Source: an uncultured Planctomycetia bacterium
Lineage (GTDB): Bacteria > Omnitrophota > Gorgyraeia > Duberdicusellales > 4484-171
Reading direction: 5' to 3'
DNA: 64,000 nt
NCBI GenBank assembly: GCA_964629655.1
Contig: CAZVQU010000002.1
Location: 226,814-290,813, forward strand
Of the stretch, positions 53,565-63,321 are shown one piece after another. Under the pieces are notes generated by a model. The model saw only the letters and a program-made list of their open reading frames with translations, had not been told where the DNA came from and ran no database searches. Position numbers and translations under genes: made by a program. Within the stretch, counting starts at the first letter, position 1; every line of letters starts with the position of its first letter.

Positions 53565-54827
53565 TTACTTAGCAACAGATACCAGAACTTTATCTAAACC
53601 TACTTCCTCGATCACTACCGGAATAATTTGGCCCAAAGATGCCCTCCCTTTTAACCGAACCCGGATGTAGTTCTCAGTGTAACCGGACACAAAACCACCA
53701 TTCTCTTCCTCAGCAACCATATTAAGCCTCTTCCCTAAAAACTTCCTCTGGTAAATAAGAGAAAAATTCTTGGCCATTTTTCTCAAATACTCATACCTTT
53801 TACGAATCAAGGCAGGATTCTTTATCTTAGCTTCTGAAAATTGAGTCTTCTCTCGAGGAGAAAAGGTAAAGATATGCATACGCATTGGATTAACCTGTTT
53901 TAGAAAATCTACGGTATTTTGAAAACTCTCCTCGGTTTCAGTGGGAAAACCTACCATAATGTCACAGCTTATAGCAGCATCAGGCACAGTCTTCCTTATT
54001 CTGGAGACTTTCTCCTGGTATAAAGCTACTGTCTCCTTTTTGTTCATCTCCTTTAATATGCGATCATCCCCATATTGAAAAGGAAAGTGAAAATGCGGAC
54101 AGAGCTTACTGTGCCCGAGAAAGGAAAATAACCCCTGGTCTATAAAAAATGGCTCCAGGGAACTCAGGCGTAATCTCCCTAGTGAAGGTAGGGCTAAAAT
54201 TTCCTTTATTAAGTCGGCTAAGGTACATTGGGGAGACAAGTCTCTTCCGTAAAGACTTAAGTTTACTCCGCAAAGCACGACTTCACTATGCCTAGAGCAA
54301 ACCTTCTCTATCTCCCTTATGGCATCCTTCCTATCCTTGCTGCGAGACGGCCCCCGAAGATATGGAATCTTACAGAACGAACATAAATTATTGCATCCGT
54401 CCTGCACCTTGACGAAAGCGCGATGATTAGAAAAATAACTTATCTTTAAGGAATTTTTTTCTTTTTCCCGGAAGGATTCTCCTTGAGGCAAAGACGAACC
54501 AAGAATAATATCCGGCAAGAGATGCTTTTGATCCTGAGGAATAATATAATCCACGCCTATTTCTTCAATAAAGTCTCGATTTAGCTGGGTCAGGCATCCA
54601 CAGACTGCTATCTGAGCTTGAGGATTTTCTTTTTTTGCCCGAACAATTGCGTCTTTGGATTTACTATCAGCGCGAGAAGTCACAGTGCAGGTATTAATCA
54701 CATATAAATCAGCTCGCTGCTCAGTTATCGTATGCCCTAGAAAAGAAAACTTCTCCTTCAGGCCTTGAGTCTCATATTGATTGACCTTACAGCCAAGTGT
54801 AAAGAATTTAACCTTTAAACCGCTCAT
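53565..54827 (-). CDS. mtaB: tRNA t6A37 methylthiotransferase
   Basis: TLGCKVNQYET, INTCTVT, KVQDGCNNLCSFC radical-SAM motif, RLRLSSLEP, GYTENY. Confidence 0.92.
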   Translation of the reverse strand: MSGLKVKFFTLGCKVNQYETQGLKEKFSFLGHTITEQRADLYVINTCTVTSRADSKSKDAIVRAKKENPQAQIAVCGCLTQLNRDFIEEIGVDYIIPQDQKHLLPDIILGSSLPQGESFREKEKNSLKISYFSNHRAFVKVQDGCNNLCSFCKIPYLRGPSRSKDRKDAIREIEKVCSRHSEVVLCGVNLSLYGRDLSPQCTLADLIKEILALPSLGRLRLSSLEPFFIDQGLFSFLGHSKLCPHFHFPFQYGDDRILKEMNKKETVALYQEKVSRIRKTVPDAAISCDIMVGFPTETEESFQNTVDFLKQVNPMRMHIFTFSPREKTQFSEAKIKNPALIRKRYEYLRKMAKNFSLIYQRKFLGKRLNMVAEEENGGFVSGYTENYIRVRLKGRASLGQIIPVVIEEVGLDKVLVSVAK

Positions 54828-55537
54828 TTCTTCTTTGAAAAATAGTTAATTAAACCTACCGAAAATATGCTTGCAGTCTCTACTCTTAAGATATGTGAAG
54901 ACAGCTTGAGGAACTTAAAGTTGTTCTGCTGAAGCTGCTTATACTCTAAAGGTGAAAAACCCCCTTCTGGACCAATGAGAACGAAAACTTCTTCTTGGCC
55001 ATCGATAAGACTGCTTAACTTTTCACCTTTAGCTGAAGCAACTAGCTTAATCTTATAGCTAACATTGGTAATTCCTTGAAAATCTAGAACCTCTTTCAAA
55101 GAAGGCATCCATAGCCTCCCTGACTGACGCAGGGCTTCAGTAATTATCCTCTCCCATCTTTCTAATTTCCTGTCAGTAACCTTAGTTTTCAGGCTCCTTT
55201 CACAGACAAAAGGAATAAAGCCCTCTACTCCTAACTCAGTCGCCTTCTGGAGAATAAAATCAATCTTATCCTCTTTGACAAGAGGAAAACCCAGAATTAT
55301 TCTTCTATCTGGTGCTAGGCTACTCTTAGAAAGGCTATCTCTTTTAATTGAAATACTCTTTTTAGTTATTGCCTCTATTCCGTACAAATACTCCTTACCC
55401 TGGCCATCAAAGATATGCAAAAAGTCTTCCTTTTCAAGACGCAAGACATTCCTGATTTTATGAACAAGATTTTTGTCCTTTATCTCAATAAAATTATTAA
55501 TATCTTTGGGTTGGATATGAATTCTTACCTTCGACAT
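54824..55537 (-). CDS. rsmE: 16S rRNA m3U1498 methyltransferase
   Basis: NVLRL, QKATELGV, EALRQSGR, IGPEGGF, ILRVETA. Confidence 0.95.
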   Translation of the reverse strand: MSKVRIHIQPKDINNFIEIKDKNLVHKIRNVLRLEKEDFLHIFDGQGKEYLYGIEAITKKSISIKRDSLSKSSLAPDRRIILGFPLVKEDKIDFILQKATELGVEGFIPFVCERSLKTKVTDRKLERWERIITEALRQSGRLWMPSLKEVLDFQGITNVSYKIKLVASAKGEKLSSLIDGQEEVFVLIGPEGGFSPLEYKQLQQNNFKFLKLSSHILRVETASIFSVGLINYFSKKK

Positions 55538-55563
55538 ATTTATTGCTCGCTTTTGCTTCTAAG

Positions 55564-55636
55564 TGGACCGGAGCGGAGTTGAACCGCCGACCTCCTCGTT
55601 GCGAACGAGGCGTTCTCCCAACTGAACCACCGGCCC
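55564..55636 (-). tRNA. tRNA-Ala(CGC)
   Basis: GGGCCGG/CCGGTCC acceptor with G3-U70, CCTCG-TTCGCAA-CGAGG anticodon arm, GGTTCAACTCC T arm; CCA not encoded. Confidence 0.96.
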
Positions 55637-55691
55637 ACTAAAAAATAAATGAAACCGTTTATATTTGTAAAATGGAGCTTTATCAGGCAGG

Positions 55692-56018
55692 TCAATACCA
55701 AGCTGTAACAACTACTGGATCAGTCCCTCCCGGACCAGAATTATTATCAGTATAAGTAATAGCTACCGAAAATCCTGAAGCAGGATAACCGCTAATACCG
55801 CCTCCTATACTAATTGTCCCCGTAGGATTAACACCTTTACGTAGGTCCTCAAGAGCCTCAACCATTCCGGCCTGGGCAGCAAAGAAAGCTCTATTGCGTT
55901 TTATCTTATGCTCAGCAATGCGAGACTCTTGGGTCATAAGGATGAGGGCAGCTAAAGCAAGAGTGAAAATTACTAATATAACCCCAATCACAACTACTAA
56001 AACTACACCTTTTCTCAT
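55692..56018 (-). CDS. Small PilX/GspK-like minor pilin
   Basis: MRKG|VVLVVV class III signal-like N-terminus without Glu5, followed by AFFAAQAG, resembling the PilX N-terminal AxxAAEaG motif. Confidence 0.6.
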   Translation of the reverse strand: MRKGVVLVVVIGVILVIFTLALAALILMTQESRIAEHKIKRNRAFFAAQAGMVEALEDLRKGVNPTGTISIGGGISGYPASGFSVAITYTDNNSGPGGTDPVVVTAWY

Positions 56019-56227
56019 TCTTGATCCTTTTTTCGCAGGCTAATCTGATAGTCAAGGCCATCCCCCTTAACTAAAACATGACCTTCCCGAGACAACCACC
56101 CCAAGCTCATAAGCGTTAGCTCGCGGGGTTTGCCTATTCCAACCATTAGCTGCTCTAAGCTTACTTGGCCGTACTTATCTAGAAAATCCCAAATTTCACC
56201 AGCTACTATTCCGATTTCTGTAATCAT
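56015..56227 (-). CDS. Small winged-helix protein (DUF2582-like)
   Basis: IGIVAGEIWDFL...MSLGWLSREG pattern of that family. Confidence 0.75.
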   Translation of the reverse strand: MITEIGIVAGEIWDFLDKYGQVSLEQLMVGIGKPRELTLMSLGWLSREGHVLVKGDGLDYQISLRKKDQE

Positions 56228-56445
56228 CTCTCTTTATTTATGCTCCCGCAAAGGGGACAGTTCCAAAATTCAAAGAAAATTGAGACAAAATATACCGAGG
56301 CGCAAACTTCACATTTTCTTTTCTCAAGCTGCATCTCCTTCTTAATCAATGAATTACGACGATTATTTATGCACTCCAAGAGAAAAGCAACCACCAGCCA
56401 TCCGCTTAAAATGATAGCTATAAATAATGAAAGCTCTATTCGCAT
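56224..56445 (-). CDS. Hypothetical small membrane protein with C-terminal Zn ribbon
   Basis: N-terminal hydrophobic helix, CEVC...CPLC; abuts or overlaps both neighbours. Confidence 0.7.
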   Translation of the reverse strand: MRIELSLFIAIILSGWLVVAFLLECINNRRNSLIKKEMQLEKRKCEVCASVYFVSIFFEFWNCPLCGSINKER

Positions 56446-57036
56446 TTATTTTACTACCCCTTCTAATTTTGTCCAGAAAAATCTATCATCAAGGAAAAAG
56501 GTAGACTCACGAAGGTATTTCTGCAAATACAAACTCCCATAGGAATTAACTGGTAATCTTTCGGGATAGAGAAAAAGAATTTTCCCATATGGCGAAACAT
56601 AAGCCTTGTAAGAAACATCTTCCTTCTCCCAAGGAGAAAAGACGGCTCCTCTTTCCCAAAGATAAAAGTGGCTTTGTCTAACCTTTGCGTCTCTTGGAGG
56701 AGAAATTTTAGTAATCTTGGGGATAAGGAAGCCTAAATTACGACCTTCCTTGGCTTCGAAAAGATATGAGCCCAGTGGATGAGGAGAAGAAAAATACTCT
56801 CTTCTAAGATTATCTGAAGAAAAATTTACACTTTTAGGAAAAACGACTTCCTTGGCCTCAAAAAACAAATCTTGATAACTAAGTATATTAAACCAGCTGT
56901 AAAAGGAAGGATCACCGGTTGCAGTAATCTTCAAAGAGCAGGAAAAGACAACTATTAAATGCACGAGCACCGAAAGCATTAAAGGGAAAAATATAGCAGA
57001 TTTTTTTTTCATCCGAAAAGACCTAGGGTTACTCAT
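56446..57036 (-). CDS. Hypothetical TonB/TolA-like energy transducer
   Basis: Single N-terminal TM containing SxxxH (LSVLVH), directly downstream of exbD. Confidence 0.5.
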   Translation of the reverse strand: MSNPRSFRMKKKSAIFFPLMLSVLVHLIVVFSCSLKITATGDPSFYSWFNILSYQDLFFEAKEVVFPKSVNFSSDNLRREYFSSPHPLGSYLFEAKEGRNLGFLIPKITKISPPRDAKVRQSHFYLWERGAVFSPWEKEDVSYKAYVSPYGKILFLYPERLPVNSYGSLYLQKYLRESTFFLDDRFFWTKLEGVVK

Positions 57037-57427
57037 CGTAAGTAGTAGCGATACCTATCTTCTCTATTCCAAGTCTTTTACAAACATCCCATATTTTTAC
57101 CACTACTCCTAAACTAGCATCTCTATCAGCCTTAATAAAGATAGAAGCAAATTTTCCTTCTTTTATAAAATTTTCAACCCCTTTGACCGTTAAAGGCTCA
57201 CCCCCAAGATAAATTATATCTTCGCTGGAAATAACTACTGTTAGAGATTGGACATCAATCTCCTCCGGTTTTAATGCTTTGGGAAGCTTAACATTAACGC
57301 CAGGAATAACTATAAAGCTAGAAGTAAGCATGAAGAAAATAAGTAGAAGAAAAATGCAGTCAATCAATGGAGCAATATCTATCTGCCGCAGACCTGCCTC
57401 TATTCTTGCACTCTTTCTAAACTTCAT
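57029..57427 (-). CDS. exbD: ExbD/TolR-family protein
   Basis: IDIAPLIDCIFLLLIFFM with the essential Asp, VKLP, IKAD. Confidence 0.85.
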   Translation of the reverse strand: MKFRKSARIEAGLRQIDIAPLIDCIFLLLIFFMLTSSFIVIPGVNVKLPKALKPEEIDVQSLTVVISSEDIIYLGGEPLTVKGVENFIKEGKFASIFIKADRDASLGVVVKIWDVCKRLGIEKIGIATTYDE

Positions 57428-58049
57428 CAGTATACCTGCCTTGAGGCAGAAATTCTAAAAGCTCCGTAGCTGCCCTCTCTGCCCCGAGCGTAAGTAAATT
57501 GACCTTATGAACAAAATAGTTATACATAATATAACTTGGTATAGCCACACATAATCCGGCAACCGTGGTAAGAAGAGCTTCCCATATTCCACCAGCTAAA
57601 TCAGACGGGTTAACCAACCCCAGACTTGCTGTTTTTTGCTCAATAATATAAAAGCACTTAACCAGACCTACCACTGTTCCTAAAAGACCTAGAAGTGGTG
57701 AGATATGCGCAATTGTGCTTAAAAAATTCAAATTTTTCTCAAGCTTTGGTATTTCATATAAAGAAGTGTTTTCCATTGCTTCTTTAATTACATCCTTAGC
57801 TTCCTCATAATGGCTAAGGCCAGATTTTAAAATGTTGGTTGCGTAAAAAGGATTCTTTTCGCAAATGTCAATTGCCTCAGTTATCTTATTCTTACGCACC
57901 AAATCTAATATTTTTGATATAACTAATAAGTTATTACTTTTAATGCTAAGATAGAACAATAATCTCTCTACGATAATCGCTAAAGAAAAAAATGAACTCA
58001 AAATTATTGGTATAATCAGCCAGCCGCTTTTCGAAATCAATTCCCACAT
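57417..58049 (-). CDS. exbB: MotA/TolQ/ExbB proton channel protein
   Basis: IVER, SPLLGLLGTVVG, GGIWEALLTTVAGL. Confidence 0.85.
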   Translation of the reverse strand: MWELISKSGWLIIPIILSSFFSLAIIVERLLFYLSIKSNNLLVISKILDLVRKNKITEAIDICEKNPFYATNILKSGLSHYEEAKDVIKEAMENTSLYEIPKLEKNLNFLSTIAHISPLLGLLGTVVGLVKCFYIIEQKTASLGLVNPSDLAGGIWEALLTTVAGLCVAIPSYIMYNYFVHKVNLLTLGAERAATELLEFLPQGRYTDEV

Positions 58050-58072
58050 AATACCTCCTTTTTAACAATTAC

Positions 58073-60508
58073 TCATTCTAGCTCTCTCAGCCTTGCCTGG
58101 GCTATATTAGCCTCTTTGACACCCAAGTTAATTATCTTCTGGTAAACTTTCTTAGCCTCTTCCCTTTTACCTATCTTCTCATAAATTCGGGCAATACGAA
58201 AGTAAGCTTTAACGTCATAATCTACAGAATTATTACTCCTAAAATCCCCTTGGTCAGAAAATGCATATATGGCTTTTAAATACTCCTCTATTGCATCTTG
58301 CCCTCTATCGGCCTTTTCTAAGCATAATCCTAAGCTAAATCTTAACTCAGGGTTATCTATATCCGCCTCAATTGCTCTTTGAAAAACAATTATTGCCTGG
58401 CGATAGTCCTTCATCTCCTTTAAAAGAAAGGCTTTATCGGCAAGAGCAATCTTAGAAATAGGAGAGGCCGATTCCACAAGATCATCGTATAACTTTAAAG
58501 CTTTTTGGAACTCCTCCTTTTGGAAAAGAATCTTTGCTAAATAGAATTTACCCTTCAAAGCTAAAGGGGTTTGTCGTCTAGACAGTCTTTGGAAATAACT
58601 TTGGGCTTTTTCTAGATTACCCCGATTCCAACAAAGATGGCCTAAAGAAAGTAAAGCCTCCTGGGCTGAAGAAGAATCTTTATAGTCGCTGATAACTTTC
58701 TTATAGTATTCCTCGGCCTCGAAATAGTTTTCTTCCTTCTCGTATACCCCCCCTAAATACAAAGCTACAGAGGCAGAATATTGTGAATGAGGATACCGAG
58801 CGAGAAAGTCCTTCCAAACCTTCTTGGCCTTATCAAACAAAGACAAATTAAGATATACATTTCCTATATCAATATAGGCTAATTCGGCGATTTCCTCATC
58901 TTTGAACCTTCCAACTATCTTTCTGAAGGCTAAGAGAGCCTGCTCATAATCCTTCTCATTGAAAAGGCACTTTCCGTAAAGATAGTTAACTTTAGAAATG
59001 GAATCGTCGCGAGGAAATTTATCGACGAAATCATTCAATAAGCTCTTTGCTTCTGCGTAATCTTCTCGGGAAAAGTATCCGACAGCCAAGTAATACTGAA
59101 CCTGGGGTATAAGTTTTGAGGTGGGAAAATTGCTCTTTAGAGTTTTTAGGGCTAAAAAAGCCTTTTCGAGATCCTTCTTTTTTAAAAAACACATTCCGAT
59201 CTGAAATTGAACATAGTCAGCGTATACTGTGTTGGGTTGATTCTTCAAAATATTATTGTAAATATCTAAAGCCTCGATGTATTTACCGGTTTCTTGGTAA
59301 GCATCAGCAATCTGGATCTGAGAACTCGCTTTTACAACAGGATTGTTAGCGTACTTTAGGGTACTCTTAAATTCATTAATTGCCTTTTTAAATTTACCAC
59401 CCTTTAGGTAACACCAGGCCAGACCATAGTGAGCCTTATTAACGATCTCTGCATATTCTGAGCCCCTAAAATTATCAAGCACATACTTATATACAGAAAT
59501 GGAATCGTTTAATCTCCCCATCTCATAAAGAAGGTCAGCTTTATTTAAATAAGTATCAATCAAAAAGTTACTTTTAGGATAATCTCTTATGAAATTATTG
59601 ACAGTCTCTAATGCCTGGATATAATCTCCAGCCTTGAAGTAATAAACGCCTTGCGAGAAAAGGCGTAATTCTTTATCTTTTATCCTGTCGATATTAGCCT
59701 TAGCCGCAGCTTTATCGCCCTTTTCAATATGGGTAAATCCCAGCCCCTGATAAATTAAATCTCTGAGTTCCAGATTACGACTACTTCTTAAAGCATGTTG
59801 ATAACTGCCTAAAGCCTTGCTCCACTCTCCCTTAATGTAATAACTTTCTCCGAGATAGAAATACACTCTTGAGCGAAGAGTTCCCTTAGGAAAATTTTTA
59901 ATATATTTCTCCCCTAAAGATATAATCTTATCATATTTTTTTCTCTGGAGGTAAATGCTTAAAATCTGAGAATAAGTATTGCCGGTTATCTCTTCTTGGA
60001 CACATTCAGCGATAATCTTATTGAAGATCTTTTCGGCTTGCCCCTCGTGACCCAACTCTAAATTACAGCTAGCCATTAAATAATAGGCCTCCCAGGTAAA
60101 TCTAGAATCCGGATAATCACCCACAAGCTTTTGAGTATAGTTTAGGACTTCTTTGAAATCTTTCCCGCGGAAATAGATAATACTTAGCCAATGGTAGGCT
60201 TCACTAAGGATATCTTCACCTTCCCCATTCCTCTCGATTTCCGTAAAAGTCTCTAGGGCTCTCGCATAGTCTTCCTTGTGATAATAACACTTAGCTATAT
60301 ATAGCTTAGCCTCGTAAACCAAAGGGCTCTTAGGAAAATCCCTTATAAATTTCTGAAAAAGTGAGAGAGAAGCATCGTAAAAGTCGTCAGAAAAAGCTTT
60401 AGCTGCAATTCTGATTTTTTCTTCTTCTTTGACGTCGGAAAAACTCCAGGAAGAAAAAAATACTGTTAATGCCAAGACTAAAATAAGAACTTTTGAGACT
60501 CTGATCAT
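58073..60508 (-). CDS. Large exported TPR-repeat protein (CpoB/BamD-like repeats)
   Basis: Start trimmed to MIRVSKVLILVLAL (signal-peptide-like, ATG at 60508); many YP.S...A.Y.LG..Y repeats along the whole protein. Confidence 0.85.
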   Translation of the reverse strand: MIRVSKVLILVLALTVFFSSWSFSDVKEEEKIRIAAKAFSDDFYDASLSLFQKFIRDFPKSPLVYEAKLYIAKCYYHKEDYARALETFTEIERNGEGEDILSEAYHWLSIIYFRGKDFKEVLNYTQKLVGDYPDSRFTWEAYYLMASCNLELGHEGQAEKIFNKIIAECVQEEITGNTYSQILSIYLQRKKYDKIISLGEKYIKNFPKGTLRSRVYFYLGESYYIKGEWSKALGSYQHALRSSRNLELRDLIYQGLGFTHIEKGDKAAAKANIDRIKDKELRLFSQGVYYFKAGDYIQALETVNNFIRDYPKSNFLIDTYLNKADLLYEMGRLNDSISVYKYVLDNFRGSEYAEIVNKAHYGLAWCYLKGGKFKKAINEFKSTLKYANNPVVKASSQIQIADAYQETGKYIEALDIYNNILKNQPNTVYADYVQFQIGMCFLKKKDLEKAFLALKTLKSNFPTSKLIPQVQYYLAVGYFSREDYAEAKSLLNDFVDKFPRDDSISKVNYLYGKCLFNEKDYEQALLAFRKIVGRFKDEEIAELAYIDIGNVYLNLSLFDKAKKVWKDFLARYPHSQYSASVALYLGGVYEKEENYFEAEEYYKKVISDYKDSSSAQEALLSLGHLCWNRGNLEKAQSYFQRLSRRQTPLALKGKFYLAKILFQKEEFQKALKLYDDLVESASPISKIALADKAFLLKEMKDYRQAIIVFQRAIEADIDNPELRFSLGLCLEKADRGQDAIEEYLKAIYAFSDQGDFRSNNSVDYDVKAYFRIARIYEKIGKREEAKKVYQKIINLGVKEANIAQARLRELE

Positions 60509-60519
60509 ATTATGAATTC

Positions 60520-63309
60520 CTAATCTAGTTTGCCTTTTAAGAACTTTCCGGTATAAGAAGAAGCACAAGCTGCAACATCCTCCGGCGTCCCGCAGACAAC
60601 AATTCTTCCTCCGTTATCTCCTCCCTCGGGCCCTAAATCAATAACATAGTCAGCACATTTTATCACATCTAAATTATGTTCTATAACTAAAATCGAATTT
60701 CTTTTATCGACTAAGCGATGCAATACTGACAAAAGCTTTTTTATATCATCAAAGTGTAAACCGGTTGTTGGCTCATCAAAAATATATAAGGTTTTTCCGG
60801 TTGCTTTTTTCCGTAATTGAGAGGCGAGCTTAATCCTCTGGGCCTCCCCACCAGAAAGCGTAGTAGCTGACTGCCCTACTCCAATGTAACCCAAACCAAC
60901 ATCTTTTAAAGTCTGTAAAATGTTCTTTATTCTGGGAAAATTTACGAACAGCTCATAAGCTTCGTCAACATTCATCTCTAAAACATCGGATATACTTTTA
61001 CCTTTAAATTTTACCTCTAAGGTCTGCTTATTAAAACGTTTACCGGCACAAACCTCGCAAGGCACGTAAACATCAGGAAGAAAGTGCATTTCAATCTTTT
61101 TAGTTCCCTCACCACTACACTCCTGGCATCTTCCTCCAGAAACATTAAAACTAAAACGGGCCGGTTTATAGCCACGCATCCTTGCTTCTGGCAATCCTTG
61201 GAAAACCTCTCTTATGTAAGTAAATACTCCCGTATATGTTGCCGGGTTAGAACGAGGCGTTCGGCCAATCGGAGACTGATCTACGATAATTACCTTATCA
61301 ATGTTCTCCAAACCAACCAGCTCTCTAAACTCACCGGGCTTCTCCCGTGAATTATAAAGACTTCTAGTCAAAGCTCTATAAAGTATATCTTCTACTAAAG
61401 TCGACTTACCCGAGCCGGAAACTCCAGTAACGCAAATAAATGTTTCTAGGGGAATCTTTACGTTTATATTTTTCAAATTGTGTTCCCGGGCACCTTGTAT
61501 GCCTAGAACTGGCTTATCTTTGTAAGGTCTTCTCTTGGAAGGCTTAGCTATCAATTCTTCACCCCTTAAATACTTAGCAGTTAAGGTATCCTGCGCGAGC
61601 AATTGATCTCTTCTCCCCGAATAGACGACCCTTCCCCCCCTTATCCCTGCTCCTGGTCCCAAATCAACTACCCAATCGCTAGCATGAATCATCTGCTCAT
61701 CATGCTCAACAACAATTATTGTGTTGCCTAAATCTTTTAACTTTTTTAAAGTATTAATTAATTTCGAATCATCTCGAGAGTGTAGACCAATAGTTGGCTC
61801 ATCAAGAATGTAGATCACCCCGGAAAGTGATGAGCCTACTTGAGTAGCTAATCTTATCCTTTGAGCCTCTCCTCCGGAAAGTGTGGAGCTTAACCTATCC
61901 AAAGAAAGATAAGCTAATCCTACATTAATACAAAAACTAATACGCTTCTTTATTTCTTTTACAATTGGAGCAGCAATTTTCTCATCAAAACCTTTAAGCT
62001 TCAGCGAAGAGAAAAATTCAAAACATTCTTCAATACTCATCTTTATTACATCCGATATTGATTTACCACCTACATACACGCTTAAGGCCTCTGGCCGCAA
62101 ACGTTGGCCCAAGCACTTTGGGCAGGCTAACTTTGACATATATTTAGATATCTCTGTCTTTCGATATTGGCTATCGGTAGTATTAAACACCCTCTCTAAA
62201 TTAGGAATAACTCCCTCAAAAGGTTTATCCCAAACATAAGTATCTTCACCGCCATAAAGAATCTTCTTCCTTATTTTTTTCGAAAGACGATTAAAAGGCG
62301 TATCCATTGATATTCTTAAGCCTTTCGACAATTCTCTAAGCAGTGCCCTATAGTACATAATATAACCTCGGCTGCCTCTGCGCCAAGCTGCGATTGCTAC
62401 TTCTCGTAAGGTCTTTTCTTTCTCAGGAACAATAAGATCAGGGTCAAATTCCAATTTTATACCTAGCCCATTGCAATCCGGACATGCTCCATAGGGAGAG
62501 TTGAAAGAGAACTTCCTTGGCTCCATCTCGCCTAAAGATATTCCGCAATTGCTGCAGCTTAATTGTGTATTAAATAAAAACTCACTTGGTTTGCTGCTAT
62601 CAACTATCAAGCAAAACCCTTGGGAATGTTTTATGGCTGTCTCTACAGAATCAGCGATTCTGTCTTTATGCTCTGCTGAAACCTTAATTCTGTCGACAAC
62701 AATCTCAATATTATGTAACTTATACCGATTGAGTCTTAACTTATCTCCCAATTCACAGATCTTACCATCAACTCGTACCCGGGCAAAACCCTCCTTAAAC
62801 AACCTCTTAAATAAAGCCTGGTAGAGACCTTTTTTACCTCTGACTACCGGAGAAAGAATAAGTATCTTACTATTTTTGGGAAAATTCAACACCTTATCGA
62901 TTATCTCTTGGGGTGTTTGTTTCGTGATTGGCTTTAAACACTGAGGGCAATGGGGCTTACCGATTCGGGCAAAGAGTAAACGTAAATAATCATAGACCTC
63001 AGTTTGAGTCGCCACAATGGAGCGGGGTGAACCACCGGCAGTCCTTTGTCCAATGGCTATTGCCGGAGAAAGACCTTCAATATGCTCAACATCTGGTTTC
63101 TGGAGCTGGTCTAGGAACTGACGGGCATAGCTAGAAAGACTCTCTACGTATCGACGTTGCCCCTCAGCATAAATAGTATCAAAGGCTAAAGAAGACTTGC
63201 CTGAGCCAGAAAGGCCAGTAACTACAGTCAGCTTATTTTTAGGTATTTTTAAGCTAATCTTCCTTAAATTGTGCTCCTTAGCACCTTTTATGATTATATG
63301 ATCACTCAT
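60520..63309 (-). CDS. uvrA: Excinuclease ABC subunit A
   Basis: [22 protein letters not shown], two LSGGEAQRI signatures, Zn fingers, GPEGG. Confidence 0.98.
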   Translation of the reverse strand: MSDHIIIKGAKEHNLRKISLKIPKNKLTVVTGLSGSGKSSLAFDTIYAEGQRRYVESLSSYARQFLDQLQKPDVEHIEGLSPAIAIGQRTAGGSPRSIVATQTEVYDYLRLLFARIGKPHCPQCLKPITKQTPQEIIDKVLNFPKNSKILILSPVVRGKKGLYQALFKRLFKEGFARVRVDGKICELGDKLRLNRYKLHNIEIVVDRIKVSAEHKDRIADSVETAIKHSQGFCLIVDSSKPSEFLFNTQLSCSNCGISLGEMEPRKFSFNSPYGACPDCNGLGIKLEFDPDLIVPEKEKTLREVAIAAWRRGSRGYIMYYRALLRELSKGLRISMDTPFNRLSKKIRKKILYGGEDTYVWDKPFEGVIPNLERVFNTTDSQYRKTEISKYMSKLACPKCLGQRLRPEALSVYVGGKSISDVIKMSIEECFEFFSSLKLKGFDEKIAAPIVKEIKKRISFCINVGLAYLSLDRLSSTLSGGEAQRIRLATQVGSSLSGVIYILDEPTIGLHSRDDSKLINTLKKLKDLGNTIIVVEHDEQMIHASDWVVDLGPGAGIRGGRVVYSGRRDQLLAQDTLTAKYLRGEELIAKPSKRRPYKDKPVLGIQGAREHNLKNINVKIPLETFICVTGVSGSGKSTLVEDILYRALTRSLYNSREKPGEFRELVGLENIDKVIIVDQSPIGRTPRSNPATYTGVFTYIREVFQGLPEARMRGYKPARFSFNVSGGRCQECSGEGTKKIEMHFLPDVYVPCEVCAGKRFNKQTLEVKFKGKSISDVLEMNVDEAYELFVNFPRIKNILQTLKDVGLGYIGVGQSATTLSGGEAQRIKLASQLRKKATGKTLYIFDEPTTGLHFDDIKKLLSVLHRLVDKRNSILVIEHNLDVIKCADYVIDLGPEGGDNGGRIVVCGTPEDVAACASSYTGKFLKGKLD

Positions 63310-63321
63310 AAAAAGATTTTT

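Noticed and set aside
55564-56445. tRNA-Ala as an integration site for the adjacent small ORFs
   Set aside because: The ORFs lie 5' of the tRNA, I saw no duplicated tRNA 3' end or integrase, and they are coupled to the exbBD cluster.
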